The notes beneath the pieces were generated by a model. That model searched no databases, was not told the DNA's origin, and saw only the letters and a program-made list of their open reading frames with translations. A program made the translations under genes and the position numbers. A stretch of 55,549 nt of DNA, from positions 1-55,549 of IMG/VR virus record IMGVR_UViG_3300048769_000079. One strand, written 5' to 3'. Shown here piece by piece: positions 1 through 9,019 of the stretch. Every line of letters begins with the position of its first letter. Position 1 is the first letter of the stretch. Origin of the DNA: a virus. Its lineage: Duplodnaviria > Caudoviricetes.

Positions 1-366
1 AGGTGGATCTCTTGGAGTCACACTTGGCTCTGCTCTTGCTAGTCCTGTTCTTTTTGTTACTAACGGGTCAGAAAGAGCGAGAATCGATCAAAACGGCTAC
101 GTCGGCATCGGGTCAATGAGTCCATCTGCCCCATTAACCGTTCAAACTCTTAGTACAGGAGAAAAAGCAATAGATATAATAGGACGACCTTCTGATAGCT
201 ATGGAATAATCAGATTTTACAATAGTAATTATACTACTTTTAATTCTTATCTCGAAGGTGGATCTCTTGGAGTCACACTTGGCTCTGCTCTTGCTAGTCC
301 TGTTCTTTTTGTTACTAACGGGTCAGAAAGAGCGAGAATCGATCAAAACGGCTACGTCGGCATCGG
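1..366 (+). repeat. 255-bp (85 aa) in-frame tandem repeat, probably collapsed in assembly
   Basis: 1-111 is identical to 256-366. Confidence 0.9.
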
Positions 367-1072
367 CACGGCAAGCCCCGACTCCCAGCTTACCGTATCG
401 GCAGGCGCGCACATCGGCGGTGGGCTGCTTGTGGGGGGCGCGACCACGATCAATAATAACGTAACGGTCAATAATAATTCGAATCCATCATATTATATGA
501 CAATGACTGGCGGAACCGGCGTTGAGTACATAACCTCGACGACCGGGCTGTCTTTACAGGGGTATAATTCATACAATTTCAATATCGGCAATAACTATGC
601 GTCAACCTATCAAATGAATGCGACCGGAATGAATTGCTATGGAGCATGTACGACAAGTGTTTTGAATACTTCTTCAATCAATTCTCCTACCGGGCTTATT
701 AGTACGGGGCTTAATACAATGCTTATGCCTCAGGGGGTAAACACCCGATCTCTACGATTAACCGGGTTGGGTTACGGTTCTGGGGTTGGCGAACAGGATA
801 CTGTTTACGGGCCGACATCTTCTGCTCCATTACAAATAGATTTGACATATGGATCATGGCCCTGCTATGTTGTTAATCCATCGGTAAATACAAAAATCAC
901 TTTTACAAATATTGGAAGCGGCGGGACGATGTGTTACCCGTTTAGAATAATTAATATTGCGAGTTCCGCGATAACAGATACGGTTTATACAAACAGTGGA
1001 CACATTCAACTTCAGGGAGGTTATTCGGCTCGGTTAGTTGCATATAACAATGGGGTATACTGGGAATATTGA
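1..1072 (+). CDS. C-terminal part of tail fibre/adhesin-like protein (continues from 53608 across the circular junction)
   Basis: Frame of ORF 116..1072 is open back to the window start. It has VGIG(S/T)xSP and ERARIDxNG motifs and is G/S/T/N-rich. The end-of-window overlap joins it in frame to the ORF from 53608. Confidence 0.75.
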   Translation, partial: GGSLGVTLGSALASPVLFVTNGSERARIDQNGYVGIGSMSPSAPLTVQTLSTGEKAIDIIGRPSDSYGIIRFYNSNYTTFNSYLEGGSLGVTLGSALASPVLFVTNGSERARIDQNGYVGIGTASPDSQLTVSAGAHIGGGLLVGGATTINNNVTVNNNSNPSYYMTMTGGTGVEYITSTTGLSLQGYNSYNFNIGNNYASTYQMNATGMNCYGACTTSVLNTSSINSPTGLISTGLNTMLMPQGVNTRSLRLTGLGYGSGVGEQDTVYGPTSSAPLQIDLTYGSWPCYVVNPSVNTKITFTNIGSGGTMCYPFRIINIASSAITDTVYTNSGHIQLQGGYSARLVAYNNGVYWEY

Positions 1073-1090
1073 TATACCCCATTGTTTTGT

Positions 1091-2110
1091 TTAATACGGC
1101 AAAAATTGAAAATCTAATTCTCCATTTATCTGTTGAAGAGGAAGATCAGAATAGTTTGAAATTGACTTTGTTAAAATTGAAACGTTCACGGGTTGGTTAC
1201 AGTTACCACAAACCCAAAGGCTATCTTTTTTATTAATAGTAACAGTATCGCTTACAGGAAGTGCGATGGTGTCTAAAACGTTTCCACGGTATGCAACCCT
1301 TGCAGGGACATTGCCGATATTAATTATTAAAAGTCTGTCTACAAATCCTAATTGCCAATATTGCAATAGACTTTGGGACGAAAGGCGGGTAATTCCCGCA
1401 TGAACAATTGTATCATACCCGCCATCCTGAAAAATTATTCTATTGCTATCCGCAACACTCAGCACCTTAAAATCACTCTCGTTCGCCCAAACCTTCAAAT
1501 TAACCTTGGCCGATATGGTGTCCAAATGTCCAACAGTGTCCGACGTATCACGATAAACGCGCGTAACGCCGTATACGCTCAACTGGCTCACATTGTAGCC
1601 GGGTTTAAGCAGGCCCGCCCAGTTGGTCCCGTTAATTGCCCATCCATGATCCACGCTCACCACGACGATCGGAACGAGGCTGTTCGTAATGCTGTCCGCG
1701 CCCGACGTATCGAAATCGGATTTCAGGGCCGCGATACTCGACGGCGTGACGTTGTAATGCCCGGTCAGCGAGTCGCCGGTAGCAATGGAAATTCGGCAAC
1801 CAAGAATCGGGCTCTCCCCGGTATTTTTCAAAATAAAAAGGAAATTTTTACTCTTGTTAATCGTATCGAGGCTGATCGTGGCGACCGCTCCCGCCTCGAC
1901 CTTTGCCAAGCGCTTTTCCAGACCAACACCGGGATTATATGCCAGACCGAACGCTCCGGGGCGCAGGACATGTCGAGCGGCGACAACAGGGGCCGACTGA
2001 TCGGGGCTTTTAACGGATGCGGGATTGCTACAGCTCGAACAAACGACCGTCAGTACGACGGCGACAACACCGAACAGGCCGGTAAAACCGGCGAGAGATT
2101 TGTGAGACAT
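1091..2110 (-). CDS. Predicted lipoprotein (moron-like; only reverse-strand gene)
   Basis: Hydrophobic N-terminus ending VVCSSC (lipobox-like), RBS GGAGG, own promoter, many D-(S/T)-hydrophobic motifs. Confidence 0.75.
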   Translation of the reverse strand: MSHKSLAGFTGLFGVVAVVLTVVCSSCSNPASVKSPDQSAPVVAARHVLRPGAFGLAYNPGVGLEKRLAKVEAGAVATISLDTINKSKNFLFILKNTGESPILGCRISIATGDSLTGHYNVTPSSIAALKSDFDTSGADSITNSLVPIVVVSVDHGWAINGTNWAGLLKPGYNVSQLSVYGVTRVYRDTSDTVGHLDTISAKVNLKVWANESDFKVLSVADSNRIIFQDGGYDTIVHAGITRLSSQSLLQYWQLGFVDRLLIINIGNVPARVAYRGNVLDTIALPVSDTVTINKKDSLWVCGNCNQPVNVSILTKSISNYSDLPLQQINGELDFQFLPY

Positions 2111-2157
2111 ACGAGACCTCCATTGATAAGGGGAAAGAGTTTTCTTACTTTTATATA

Positions 2158-2187
2158 ATTATAATATTTAGGACAAAAAAAAGTCAA
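2158..2187 (-). promoter_or_regulatory. sigma70-like promoter for lipoprotein gene
   Basis: TTGACT-N18-TATAAT on the minus strand. Confidence 0.6.
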
Positions 2188-2262
2188 CATATTTTTTAAA
2201 TAAATTATAAATAAATTATAAACAGATTTTTATAAACCTTAAACCGGATCGGAGCGAGTTAA

Positions 2263-2565
2263 ATGCACAGCGCAATTGTCGGAACGGTCTGCACTGGAGC
2301 GGGAATCGGAATAACCTGGGCATTAAAAGGCCTGGTGGAGGATTGGTTTCGAGGGGATGGTACTTTACATAAACGTAAACGCGAACCCGATTTACTTACC
2401 GTTACGCGTCATGAAAAAGATCATGAAAAAAATATAAAAGGCATTTCCCAGCGGCTTGATGATGGGGATAAAAAATTTTTACAACTTACCGAGTCGATTC
2501 ACAATCTTATAGAGCGCATAGACAAACTCTTTGAACTCATAGCGGAAAGAACTTTACAAAGATAA
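2263..2565 (+). CDS. Putative holin/lysis membrane protein
   Basis: One N-terminal hydrophobic segment plus coiled coil, directly upstream of the endolysin. Confidence 0.5.
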   Translation: MHSAIVGTVCTGAGIGITWALKGLVEDWFRGDGTLHKRKREPDLLTVTRHEKDHEKNIKGISQRLDDGDKKFLQLTESIHNLIERIDKLFELIAERTLQR

Positions 2566-2604
2566 TTAACACTATTTCACTTTTTTTTGGAGGAGGTAAC
2601 AGGT

Positions 2605-3054
2605 ATGAAAATGACCGTGCAGAGACATCGTAAAACCGAGGACGGAATAATAGGTACGTTAACAATCCCGGATTCGCTGGAAGAATTTACCGTCGAAAAC
2701 CTGGAGAAATCCATCCCAGCGGGTCTTTACAGTGTAACAATTGACCGCTCTCCGCGTTTACACATGTACACGCCGCATATTCACGTTCCGGCGCGCGATG
2801 ACGTGGCAAACCTCGGTGATGCTGGGATAAGAATTCATCCGGCAAACTGGCCGAAACAATTAGAGGGTTGTATTGCGGTCGGTTTAAAAGCGGAAGCGGA
2901 TGCGGTCGATAATAGTAAAAAAGCGTTCGAAAATTTAATAGATGTCATCACTAAAAAAGACGGTTTTGACCCGGATGGCGTTGAAAAGTTCGCGGCGGTT
3001 GAGGCGCTCCAGGTCGAAATCCTGGATATTCCGACGCAAATTCCGGCAGAATAG
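2605..3054 (+). CDS. DUF5675-family putative endolysin
   Basis: GIIGTL...IPAGLY...IRIHPANWPKQLEGCIAVG motif; RBS GGAGG before ATG 2605. Confidence 0.75.
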   Translation: MKMTVQRHRKTEDGIIGTLTIPDSLEEFTVENLEKSIPAGLYSVTIDRSPRLHMYTPHIHVPARDDVANLGDAGIRIHPANWPKQLEGCIAVGLKAEADAVDNSKKAFENLIDVITKKDGFDPDGVEKFAAVEALQVEILDIPTQIPAE

Positions 3055-3284
3055 CGCCTTTATATTAATAGAACGCGCGCGCGAACATAGACTAATATAA
3101 TATAATTATAATAAAATTTATTTAATTATAATTATAAAAGAAAGAAGGTATTAGGCACTTTACAAAAAAGAATTGCGATTGATTTTTAGATGCAACGATG
3201 ATCAAAAATAATTACGAAAAAAGTAGTCTTTTTAAAATTTATAAATTATATTTTTATTAAATCTTAACCGGAGGAGTTTTTACC

Positions 3285-3758
3285 ATGCGTATCGTTACTT
3301 TACTTTTAGGGTTTGTTTGTTTGGCGGTTGTTTCTGTTTTTGCGGCGGACGGTTCGACGGCGAGCGTAACCTTGCCAACTTGGGCACAAGCAATACTTGC
3401 CATACTTGGTGCCGGAGCTGTCGGAGGTTCGTCAATTTTTGCGCTGGTCGCTGGCAAAATCGCCCGCATCAATAAGATTGTTCAGGATTTGAAAGATGCA
3501 ATAAACGCTATCATACTTTTACTCGGCCAGCTTAAAGCAACTGTCAAGGACGGTCCGCTTGTTCCTGATTGGAATGATTCCATCGATCATATTATTGCAC
3601 TGCTAAAAGATTTACCCTTCGGTATCGCGGCTAAGGCCGATCTTTTAGCAAAGCTAAAAATTGCTATACCCATTGCCCTTCCTTCAGCGCCTGCCGTGGT
3701 TGAAAAAGTTGTCCAGGTCATCCAGGCCGTGCCGGTAATTCCGACACCTGTAGTATGA
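3285..3758 (+). CDS. Membrane protein, lysis module (holin/spanin-like)
   Basis: Signal-peptide-like N-terminus (VSVFA), TM segment, coiled coil, strong RBS. Confidence 0.55.
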   Translation: MRIVTLLLGFVCLAVVSVFAADGSTASVTLPTWAQAILAILGAGAVGGSSIFALVAGKIARINKIVQDLKDAINAIILLLGQLKATVKDGPLVPDWNDSIDHIIALLKDLPFGIAAKADLLAKLKIAIPIALPSAPAVVEKVVQVIQAVPVIPTPVV

Positions 3759-3949
3759 TAGCGTTAATTGACAAAATCCTTGATGCTATGCTGGCTCTTA
3801 TGGGCCAGCTTGTTTATTTTGAGAATAAGGCAAATAACCCGGAGGACCTCTATGCAGTCGAAGAAACAAAAATTGACGCGGCCATTAGTAGCCACGATCT
3901 TAGTGCTAATGACGCTATTATTTCCGATCTGCTCCCGCCAGGTAATTAA
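3755..3949 (+). CDS. Small protein, possible i-spanin-like partner
   Basis: ATGA coupling to upstream gene; overlaps the downstream lipoprotein ORF in Rz/Rz1 fashion. Confidence 0.4.
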   Translation: MIALIDKILDAMLALMGQLVYFENKANNPEDLYAVEETKIDAAISSHDLSANDAIISDLLPPGN

Positions 3950-4076
3950 AATCGCGCCTACGGCGGTCTGTAGTCAAACGGACTCGTTGACCACGATTTC
4001 AACGGCGGTGTACCGACAACTACTCACGGCTGCCGCTTACTGGAAAGCCCAATACGATGCTTGTCAAAAAAAATAG
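3852..4076 (+). CDS. Small lipoprotein, putative o-spanin
   Basis: RBS GGAGG at 3841, ATG 3852; basic then hydrophobic stretch followed by Cys (LLFPIC); starts inside the preceding ORF. Confidence 0.5.
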   Translation: MQSKKQKLTRPLVATILVLMTLLFPICSRQVIKIAPTAVCSQTDSLTTISTAVYRQLLTAAAYWKAQYDACQKK

Positions 4077-4103
4077 TAATGCAAATTATCTTTTGTAAAG
4101 AGA

Positions 4104-4134
4104 AGGCCCTTTAGAAATAAAGGGCTTTTTCTTT
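4104..4134 (+). terminator. Rho-independent terminator ending late/lysis transcript
   Basis: AGGCCCTTTA-gaaa-TAAAGGGCTT followed by a T tract. Confidence 0.8.
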
Positions 4135-4168
4135 GCTAAAAATAATTAAAAGATTTTAAAAATAATTG

Positions 4169-4197
4169 TTGACCTTTTATTGTATTTAAGGTATATT
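4169..4197 (+). promoter_or_regulatory. Early sigma70-like promoter
   Basis: TTGACC-N17-TATATT with an AT-rich upstream element. Confidence 0.7.
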
Positions 4198-4246
4198 ATA
4201 TATGTAAGCGAAAAGAAACCACAAACCACAAACCGAGGAGGATCAG

Positions 4247-4498
4247 ATGAAACTCAACAAAATCACAGCCCTGAAAAACGGAAACCAGTTGTTTGCATAT
4301 TGGGCCAATAATCGCGGGCGTGGATCGGACAACTGCACGCTGCTGGTTGTTCCGGCAGATGAACAGCGCCCTAATTTCTCGCGCGATGTGAAAAATGTTA
4401 TCGCTGAAACCAGAACCAGCTCATGGCGTGGTCTGGTCAATCTGTCAAAAGCCGTCTGCAACCAACTCGGAATCTCAAAACAGGAGCTGTGCGCATGA
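4247..4498 (+). CDS. Hypothetical early protein
   Basis: Strong RBS GAGGAGG; first gene after the promoter. Confidence 0.7.
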   Translation: MKLNKITALKNGNQLFAYWANNRGRGSDNCTLLVVPADEQRPNFSRDVKNVIAETRTSSWRGLVNLSKAVCNQLGISKQELCA

Positions 4499-4686
4499 AC
4501 GGACAACTCTGGCAGGAATGTTTTTGCGGTACTGAACCGGTTTGCGCTTCATGCGAGAAATGTAAAAAACATTGCACCTGCGGGAAACCGGTTCAGCCTA
4601 AAATATCAACCGAATGCGCGGAACCATATCGGCGAGGTATCGGGCAGGGTTTCGGATCAACGGAGGACGGCGAAGCGGCCTATTGA
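4495..4686 (+). CDS. Small Cys-rich (Zn-binding) protein
   Basis: ATGA overlap with RBS GGAG; ECFCG...CASCEKCKKHCTC. Confidence 0.6.
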   Translation: MNGQLWQECFCGTEPVCASCEKCKKHCTCGKPVQPKISTECAEPYRRGIGQGFGSTEDGEAAY

Positions 4687-4762
4687 TCGTGTCAATTGCG
4701 CTTTTTTGTCTGGCAACGGTATTATTTATCATCTACCAAACGATTTAAAGGAGGAAAATTAA

Positions 4763-5029
4763 ATGAAAATCGAAATTAAATCGTGGTTATCGGACAGCGT
4801 TTTATTTTGTGGAGATTATAAAAATATTTTGGACGCGTTAAAAAATGCTATTAAATCCGGGGCCAACCTGTCCAGGGCCAACCTGTCCGGGACCAACCTT
4901 GATACAAAATATTGTTTTTTGTCAATTTCTCCTATAGGTTCAGAAAATGGATGTTTATGGGTTGAGAATACTTTTTCGCTTTACGAAGGGTATTGCGCGC
5001 TTGTTGATTATGCGGAGGCACAAAAATGA
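4763..5029 (+). CDS. Short pentapeptide-repeat protein
   Basis: ANLSR/ANLSG/TNL repeats and MKIEIK..W N-terminus typical of phage pentapeptide proteins. Confidence 0.65.
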   Translation: MKIEIKSWLSDSVLFCGDYKNILDALKNAIKSGANLSRANLSGTNLDTKYCFLSISPIGSENGCLWVENTFSLYEGYCALVDYAEAQK

Positions 5030-5271
5030 ATAATGTTTCGCCTCACGTAATAGAGCAAAATCTTTTAGCAATCCGCGCCATTGCGGATTGTATTCGAGAA
5101 TTTGGAAAAATACCAAGCGGGCATCTTTACGCTCAGCTTATGAGTAAAATGGATTTAAATTCTTACAATCGGATTATCGGTATTCTAAAAAATGCAAAGT
5201 TAATTTCCGAAACCAATTTTGAACTAAAATGGGAAGGACCAAAAAATGAGCAATTGGACAAGCAAATATAA
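5026..5271 (+). CDS. Hypothetical protein (winged-helix-like)
   Basis: Coupled ORF; IPSGHLYAQLM motif. Confidence 0.6.
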   Translation: MNNVSPHVIEQNLLAIRAIADCIREFGKIPSGHLYAQLMSKMDLNSYNRIIGILKNAKLISETNFELKWEGPKNEQLDKQI

Positions 5272-5560
5272 ATACCTAATAAAAGGGACGTTGGGACGAA
5301 TCACATGGAACGAGCGGACCGGAGTCTATACGCTCGCGGGTCACGGGCAAATAATCCCCGTACCTAAAGTAAATGGGGATAAAATTAAAGCGATGGAAAA
5401 CTCTTTTAAACCGCTTCCCGTGGGTCGCCAGGAACTATTTCCCGGCGTAAAGGTAAAGAGCCACCCGATACGTTTGCCGGAATCCGCGTGGGAAGAAATG
5501 GAAAAACCATATTCGTTAACAATCGCGGACGCACTCCGGGCTAAGGGTTATCACGTATGA
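5246..5560 (+). CDS. Hypothetical protein, possible C-terminal ribbon-helix-helix
   Basis: Coupled ORF; SHPIRLPESAW strand-helix pattern. Confidence 0.5.
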   Translation: MSNWTSKYKYLIKGTLGRITWNERTGVYTLAGHGQIIPVPKVNGDKIKAMENSFKPLPVGRQELFPGVKVKSHPIRLPESAWEEMEKPYSLTIADALRAKGYHV

Positions 5561-5856
5561 GCGTAAAAAGAACCGGTGATAAAGACATAGCTTTCTGGCT
5601 TGACGAGATTTGTAAGTGTGGGTGTCGTTTACGATCAGATAGGGCAACTTCTTGGTGTTCAAGTCCGAAATGTAATTATTTTAGGAGGAATATGAAAGCA
5701 ACACGTGACTGGGGAAAGTGTACCTGCGGGTGCGGCGAAACGATAAAGCCCGGCGTGGAGATGGGAATTAATGAAGGTGCTTTGATACTAAAAGGCCATC
5801 CTTTACAAAAGAAACAAGGCCCTCTGACAAGACCCGTAAAGTTAAATAAAAAATAA
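5557..5856 (+). CDS. Cys-rich hypothetical protein
   Basis: CKCG...CSSPKC and CTCGCG motifs. Confidence 0.55.
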   Translation: MSVKRTGDKDIAFWLDEICKCGCRLRSDRATSWCSSPKCNYFRRNMKATRDWGKCTCGCGETIKPGVEMGINEGALILKGHPLQKKQGPLTRPVKLNKK

Positions 5857-5933
5857 ATTATTTTTTATTATACTTTTATAAAAATTTAAATTATATTAAT
5901 AAGGTCGATTAATTTTAAAAGGAGACCTTAAAA

Positions 5934-6074
5934 ATGCCAAAGAAAAACATTGAGCTTACTACGATTGCCATTACAAAAAAAAGTAAGACCGTCGTTGCCC
6001 AGCTCGCCAAAGAGCGCGGCGAGTTTGAGTATGAAGTGATTGAAGACGCGGTCAAAAAACTTTCAAGTAAATAA
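5934..6074 (+). CDS. 46-aa ribbon-helix-helix-like regulator (not in ORF track)
   Basis: RBS AGGAG; MPKKNIELTTIAITKKSKTVVAQLAKERGEFEYEVIEDAVKKLSSK. Confidence 0.6.
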   Translation: MPKKNIELTTIAITKKSKTVVAQLAKERGEFEYEVIEDAVKKLSSK

Positions 6075-6128
6075 ATTTTAAAATAAAATAAAATACTTTT
6101 TGTAAATTAAGTTGCACGGGAGCCATTC

Positions 6129-7487
6129 GTGGAACGTAATAACATATCCTCTAATAATTTAGTCCCGGCAGGCTATAAGAGCGCATGCGGCGATGGCTCC
6201 CCGCGTGCGCTTTCTTTACGCCCCTACCAACGCGACGGTATCGAATACCTCCGCGCGAACGGAGGATGCGGCGTTTTATTTTGGGAAATGCGCCTCGGCA
6301 AAACTCTAACAACGATTCGTTTTTTATCCCATCGTCGGGACGCGCAACGAATTTTAGTCCTCGCGCCATATAGCGCTTTAGCGGGTTGGAAAAAGGATTT
6401 AAAAGAAAACAAGAAAGACATTTATCCTATTTACGAAATAAACCCCAAAAAGCGTGTCCAACTTTTAGACCATTTCGAAAAGATGAATGGCTGGTTTCTT
6501 CTTAATAAAGAAGCCTTTTTATACCTTGATTTTTTATCTATTTCTTGGGATGCAATCATTTGCGACGAAACATGGCTTGCAAATCCGCTTTCCAAAATCA
6601 CAAAATATTTTCTTAAAAATACAAAAGCCAGGTATCGAATTCTTTTAACCGGAACGCCCGCGCCGGAAACCGAATTGCAATACTATACGCAACTCACATG
6701 GGTAAATCCTGCAATCTTGGGTTGTAAATCATATTGGGATTTTCGGGTTAGGTACTTTCGCCCCGAAGGTTTCGACTGGGTTATGTCATTGAAGGGTAAA
6801 ACGTTTTTAGCAAAAAGGCTTGCTTCATATTGTTCAGTTCTTACTCGTAAAGATGCCGGATTGGATAAAGAAAAAATCTTTCGCAATCGGGTTATACAGC
6901 TCACCCCAGCGACGAGGAAAAAATATAAACAGGTTGAATCCGCGCTTTACGATGGTAAAATATTGAAATTCGCCGGGCAACGCTGGAATGAATGCCGACG
7001 TCTTTGTTCCGGGGCGGAAAAAGAAGCCGAATTGCTTTCTCTTTTAGCAGGGGAGTTGAAAGAAAGTAAAGTAATGATATGGGCGGATTTCGTGGAAGAA
7101 GTTGAACGGATTGCGAACATATTAGATTGTTTTTATATTCACGGCGCGGTCCCGGCTAACGAACGGGAGGAAATACGAATGACGTTCCTTCACGAGAAAC
7201 GGCATTTGGTAGCACAACCACAAACTTGGAAATGGGGCACAAATCTTTCCGGTGTTGACACTGTGATTTTCTTTTCCCTTCCGCAAAGCTTAATGACTTG
7301 GCAACAGGTTTGTGAGCGAACGGTTGATTTAGAAAAAGATGATTCTTTACTTATAATAACCTTAACGGCGGAAAATACCGTCGAAGAGGATATACGGAAA
7401 AGCCTTGAAAATAAAGAAACGCGTGTAAATCAGATAGACCGACTTCGTCGATCTATAAAAGGGAGGCGAGATGAAAAAGAAATATGA
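6129..7487 (+). CDS. SNF2-like SF2 helicase
   Basis: LRPYQ Q-motif, MRLGKT Walker A, IICDE, LLTGTP, WGTNL. Confidence 0.85.
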   Translation: MERNNISSNNLVPAGYKSACGDGSPRALSLRPYQRDGIEYLRANGGCGVLFWEMRLGKTLTTIRFLSHRRDAQRILVLAPYSALAGWKKDLKENKKDIYPIYEINPKKRVQLLDHFEKMNGWFLLNKEAFLYLDFLSISWDAIICDETWLANPLSKITKYFLKNTKARYRILLTGTPAPETELQYYTQLTWVNPAILGCKSYWDFRVRYFRPEGFDWVMSLKGKTFLAKRLASYCSVLTRKDAGLDKEKIFRNRVIQLTPATRKKYKQVESALYDGKILKFAGQRWNECRRLCSGAEKEAELLSLLAGELKESKVMIWADFVEEVERIANILDCFYIHGAVPANEREEIRMTFLHEKRHLVAQPQTWKWGTNLSGVDTVIFFSLPQSLMTWQQVCERTVDLEKDDSLLIITLTAENTVEEDIRKSLENKETRVNQIDRLRRSIKGRRDEKEI

Positions 7488-8034
7488 ACTTAAAGCTGAA
7501 GGTAGTCTTTTTAGAATTATTGCTTTAAAAAATTTTAGATTCGTAGCAAAAGGTCAACCCGGTGGTTTAATTGAGGATGAAAAGAATTTAAGCCAAGAGG
7601 ACGACGCGTGGGTATCCGGCGACGCGCAGGTATCCGGCGACGCGCAGGTATTCGGCGACGCGCAGGTATACGGCAACGCGCAGGTATCCGGCAACGCGCA
7701 GGTAACCGGCGACGCGCAGGTATACGGCAACGCGCAGGTATTCGGCGACGCGCGGGTATCCGGCGACGCGCAGGTAACCGGCGACGCGCGGGTATCCGGC
7801 GACGCGCAGGTATACGGCGACACGGATTTGCTAGTAATCGGCCCAATAGGATCGCGCAAAGCGTACACAACCTTTTTTTCCGAAAAGGGTAGAATTGCCG
7901 TTTCATGTGGATGCTATTACGGAAGTATAGATCAGTTTGAAGGAAAAGTAATTTGTGTTCACGAAGAAGGAATTTACAGAATACAGTATGATTTAGCTAT
8001 TAAAATGGCAAGAAATACTTTAAAGGTAAAATGA
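7471..8034 (+). CDS. Hexapeptide-repeat (left-handed beta-helix) phage protein
   Basis: About 12 DAQVxG repeats; GGLIEDEKNL and IGSR...VSCGC flanks. Confidence 0.85.
   Translation: MKKKYELKAEGSLFRIIALKNFRFVAKGQPGGLIEDEKNLSQEDDAWVSGDAQVSGDAQVFGDAQVYGNAQVSGNAQVTGDAQVYGNAQVFGDARVSGDAQVTGDARVSGDAQVYGDTDLLVIGPIGSRKAYTTFFSEKGRIAVSCGCYYGSIDQFEGKVICVHEEGIYRIQYDLAIKMARNTLKVK
7603..7821 (+). repeat. 18-bp coding tandem repeat
   Basis: (G/A)ACGCGC(A/G)GGTAxxCGGC units. Confidence 0.9.
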
Positions 8035-8513
8035 AATCTAAAAATATTTTCAACGGCGCAACGCTCATTGATAAACCACCGTCCGACTTTATGGGCGGGC
8101 GCTGGGTGACCATCGATCCGGGAGATAATACGGCGATTTGTCAATGGATTGAAGGCGAGATGATAGAACTCCTTACCTTTACAAAATGCCTTCAAAATGC
8201 ACCAATACTTCATATCTTTACGGGCGCGTCGGTTATCATTGAAAACGTGGAACTTTGGGGAGGTTCGGCCGTCTCCTATACCAGCGCCGCGCGGGGTGAT
8301 CTTTTCAAATTGGCTATGGTCGTAGGAGTTTTGATTGACAACTATAAAAAGTGCGGATGCTCTGTTTATTTAGTAAGCCCCCGAAAGTGGAAAGGCCAGC
8401 TTGATCAAAAGCAATTACAACATATTTTATTAAAAAAATTTAAATTTAAAGCCCGAAACGATCACGAGGCAAGCGCCTTCGCGATTGGGCTCTGGGCTGC
8501 GGGGTGCTTTTAA
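8031..8513 (+). CDS. RuvC-like Holliday junction resolvase
   Basis: TIDPG, VIIE, VSPRKWKG, NDHEASA motifs. Confidence 0.75.
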   Translation: MKSKNIFNGATLIDKPPSDFMGGRWVTIDPGDNTAICQWIEGEMIELLTFTKCLQNAPILHIFTGASVIIENVELWGGSAVSYTSAARGDLFKLAMVVGVLIDNYKKCGCSVYLVSPRKWKGQLDQKQLQHILLKKFKFKARNDHEASAFAIGLWAAGCF

Positions 8514-9019
8514 TGGAATGCACTAAGTGTCAACTTGCAAAAACACGAATTAAACTCGTACCTGGGCGCGGTGAACTTACCGCAAAGATATTGATAATTG
8601 GGGAATCGCCGTCAAAGGGGGACGACGTTTTAGGCCTGACTTTTACCGGGGAAGTTGGTAAATTATTAGATTTACTTTTAGTAAGGGCATCGATCTCTCC
8701 AAAGGATTGCTATTTTATTACCTCGGTGCTTTGTCGCCCTTGCGATAAGCAAAATGGCGAAACGCGGGAAGTTTATACGGATGAAATTTTTTCCTGTTTT
8801 GATAATATTATAGAGCGCTTTAGCTATTTACCGAATATTCAAGGTGTAGTATTTGCCGGTTCGGTTGCTAAAAAGTGGTACGCCTCGCGGTTCAAAGGCA
8901 TGCCGCAAACTACAATAATAAGTCCGGCGCTTTTAGCGCACCAGGGCGGCGCGGCAAGTTCGCATTTTTTAGACGCATTGAATTCTTTAATTGACTTTAG
9001 GAAGGAATTGGGTTTATGA
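8504..9019 (+). CDS. Uracil-DNA glycosylase family 4-like protein (degenerate motifs)
   Basis: CxxCxL...R, IIGESP, LCRP, C (Fe-S ligands); motif B reads ISPA rather than YHPA. Confidence 0.75.
   Translation: MLLMECTKCQLAKTRIKLVPGRGELTAKILIIGESPSKGDDVLGLTFTGEVGKLLDLLLVRASISPKDCYFITSVLCRPCDKQNGETREVYTDEIFSCFDNIIERFSYLPNIQGVVFAGSVAKKWYASRFKGMPQTTIISPALLAHQGGAASSHFLDALNSLIDFRKELGL

Noticed and set aside
1-366. Diversity-generating retroelement TR/VR pair in the fibre gene
   Set aside because: Repeats are identical with no adenine-specific mismatches, and no reverse transcriptase is seen.
1373-2158. 261-aa plus-strand ORF opposite the lipoprotein
   Set aside because: No RBS or motifs; antisense shadow.
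7535-7906. Alternative-frame and antisense ORFs over the 18-bp repeat; also considered as CRISPR
   Set aside because: By-products of a stop-free coding repeat; no unique spacers and no cas genes.
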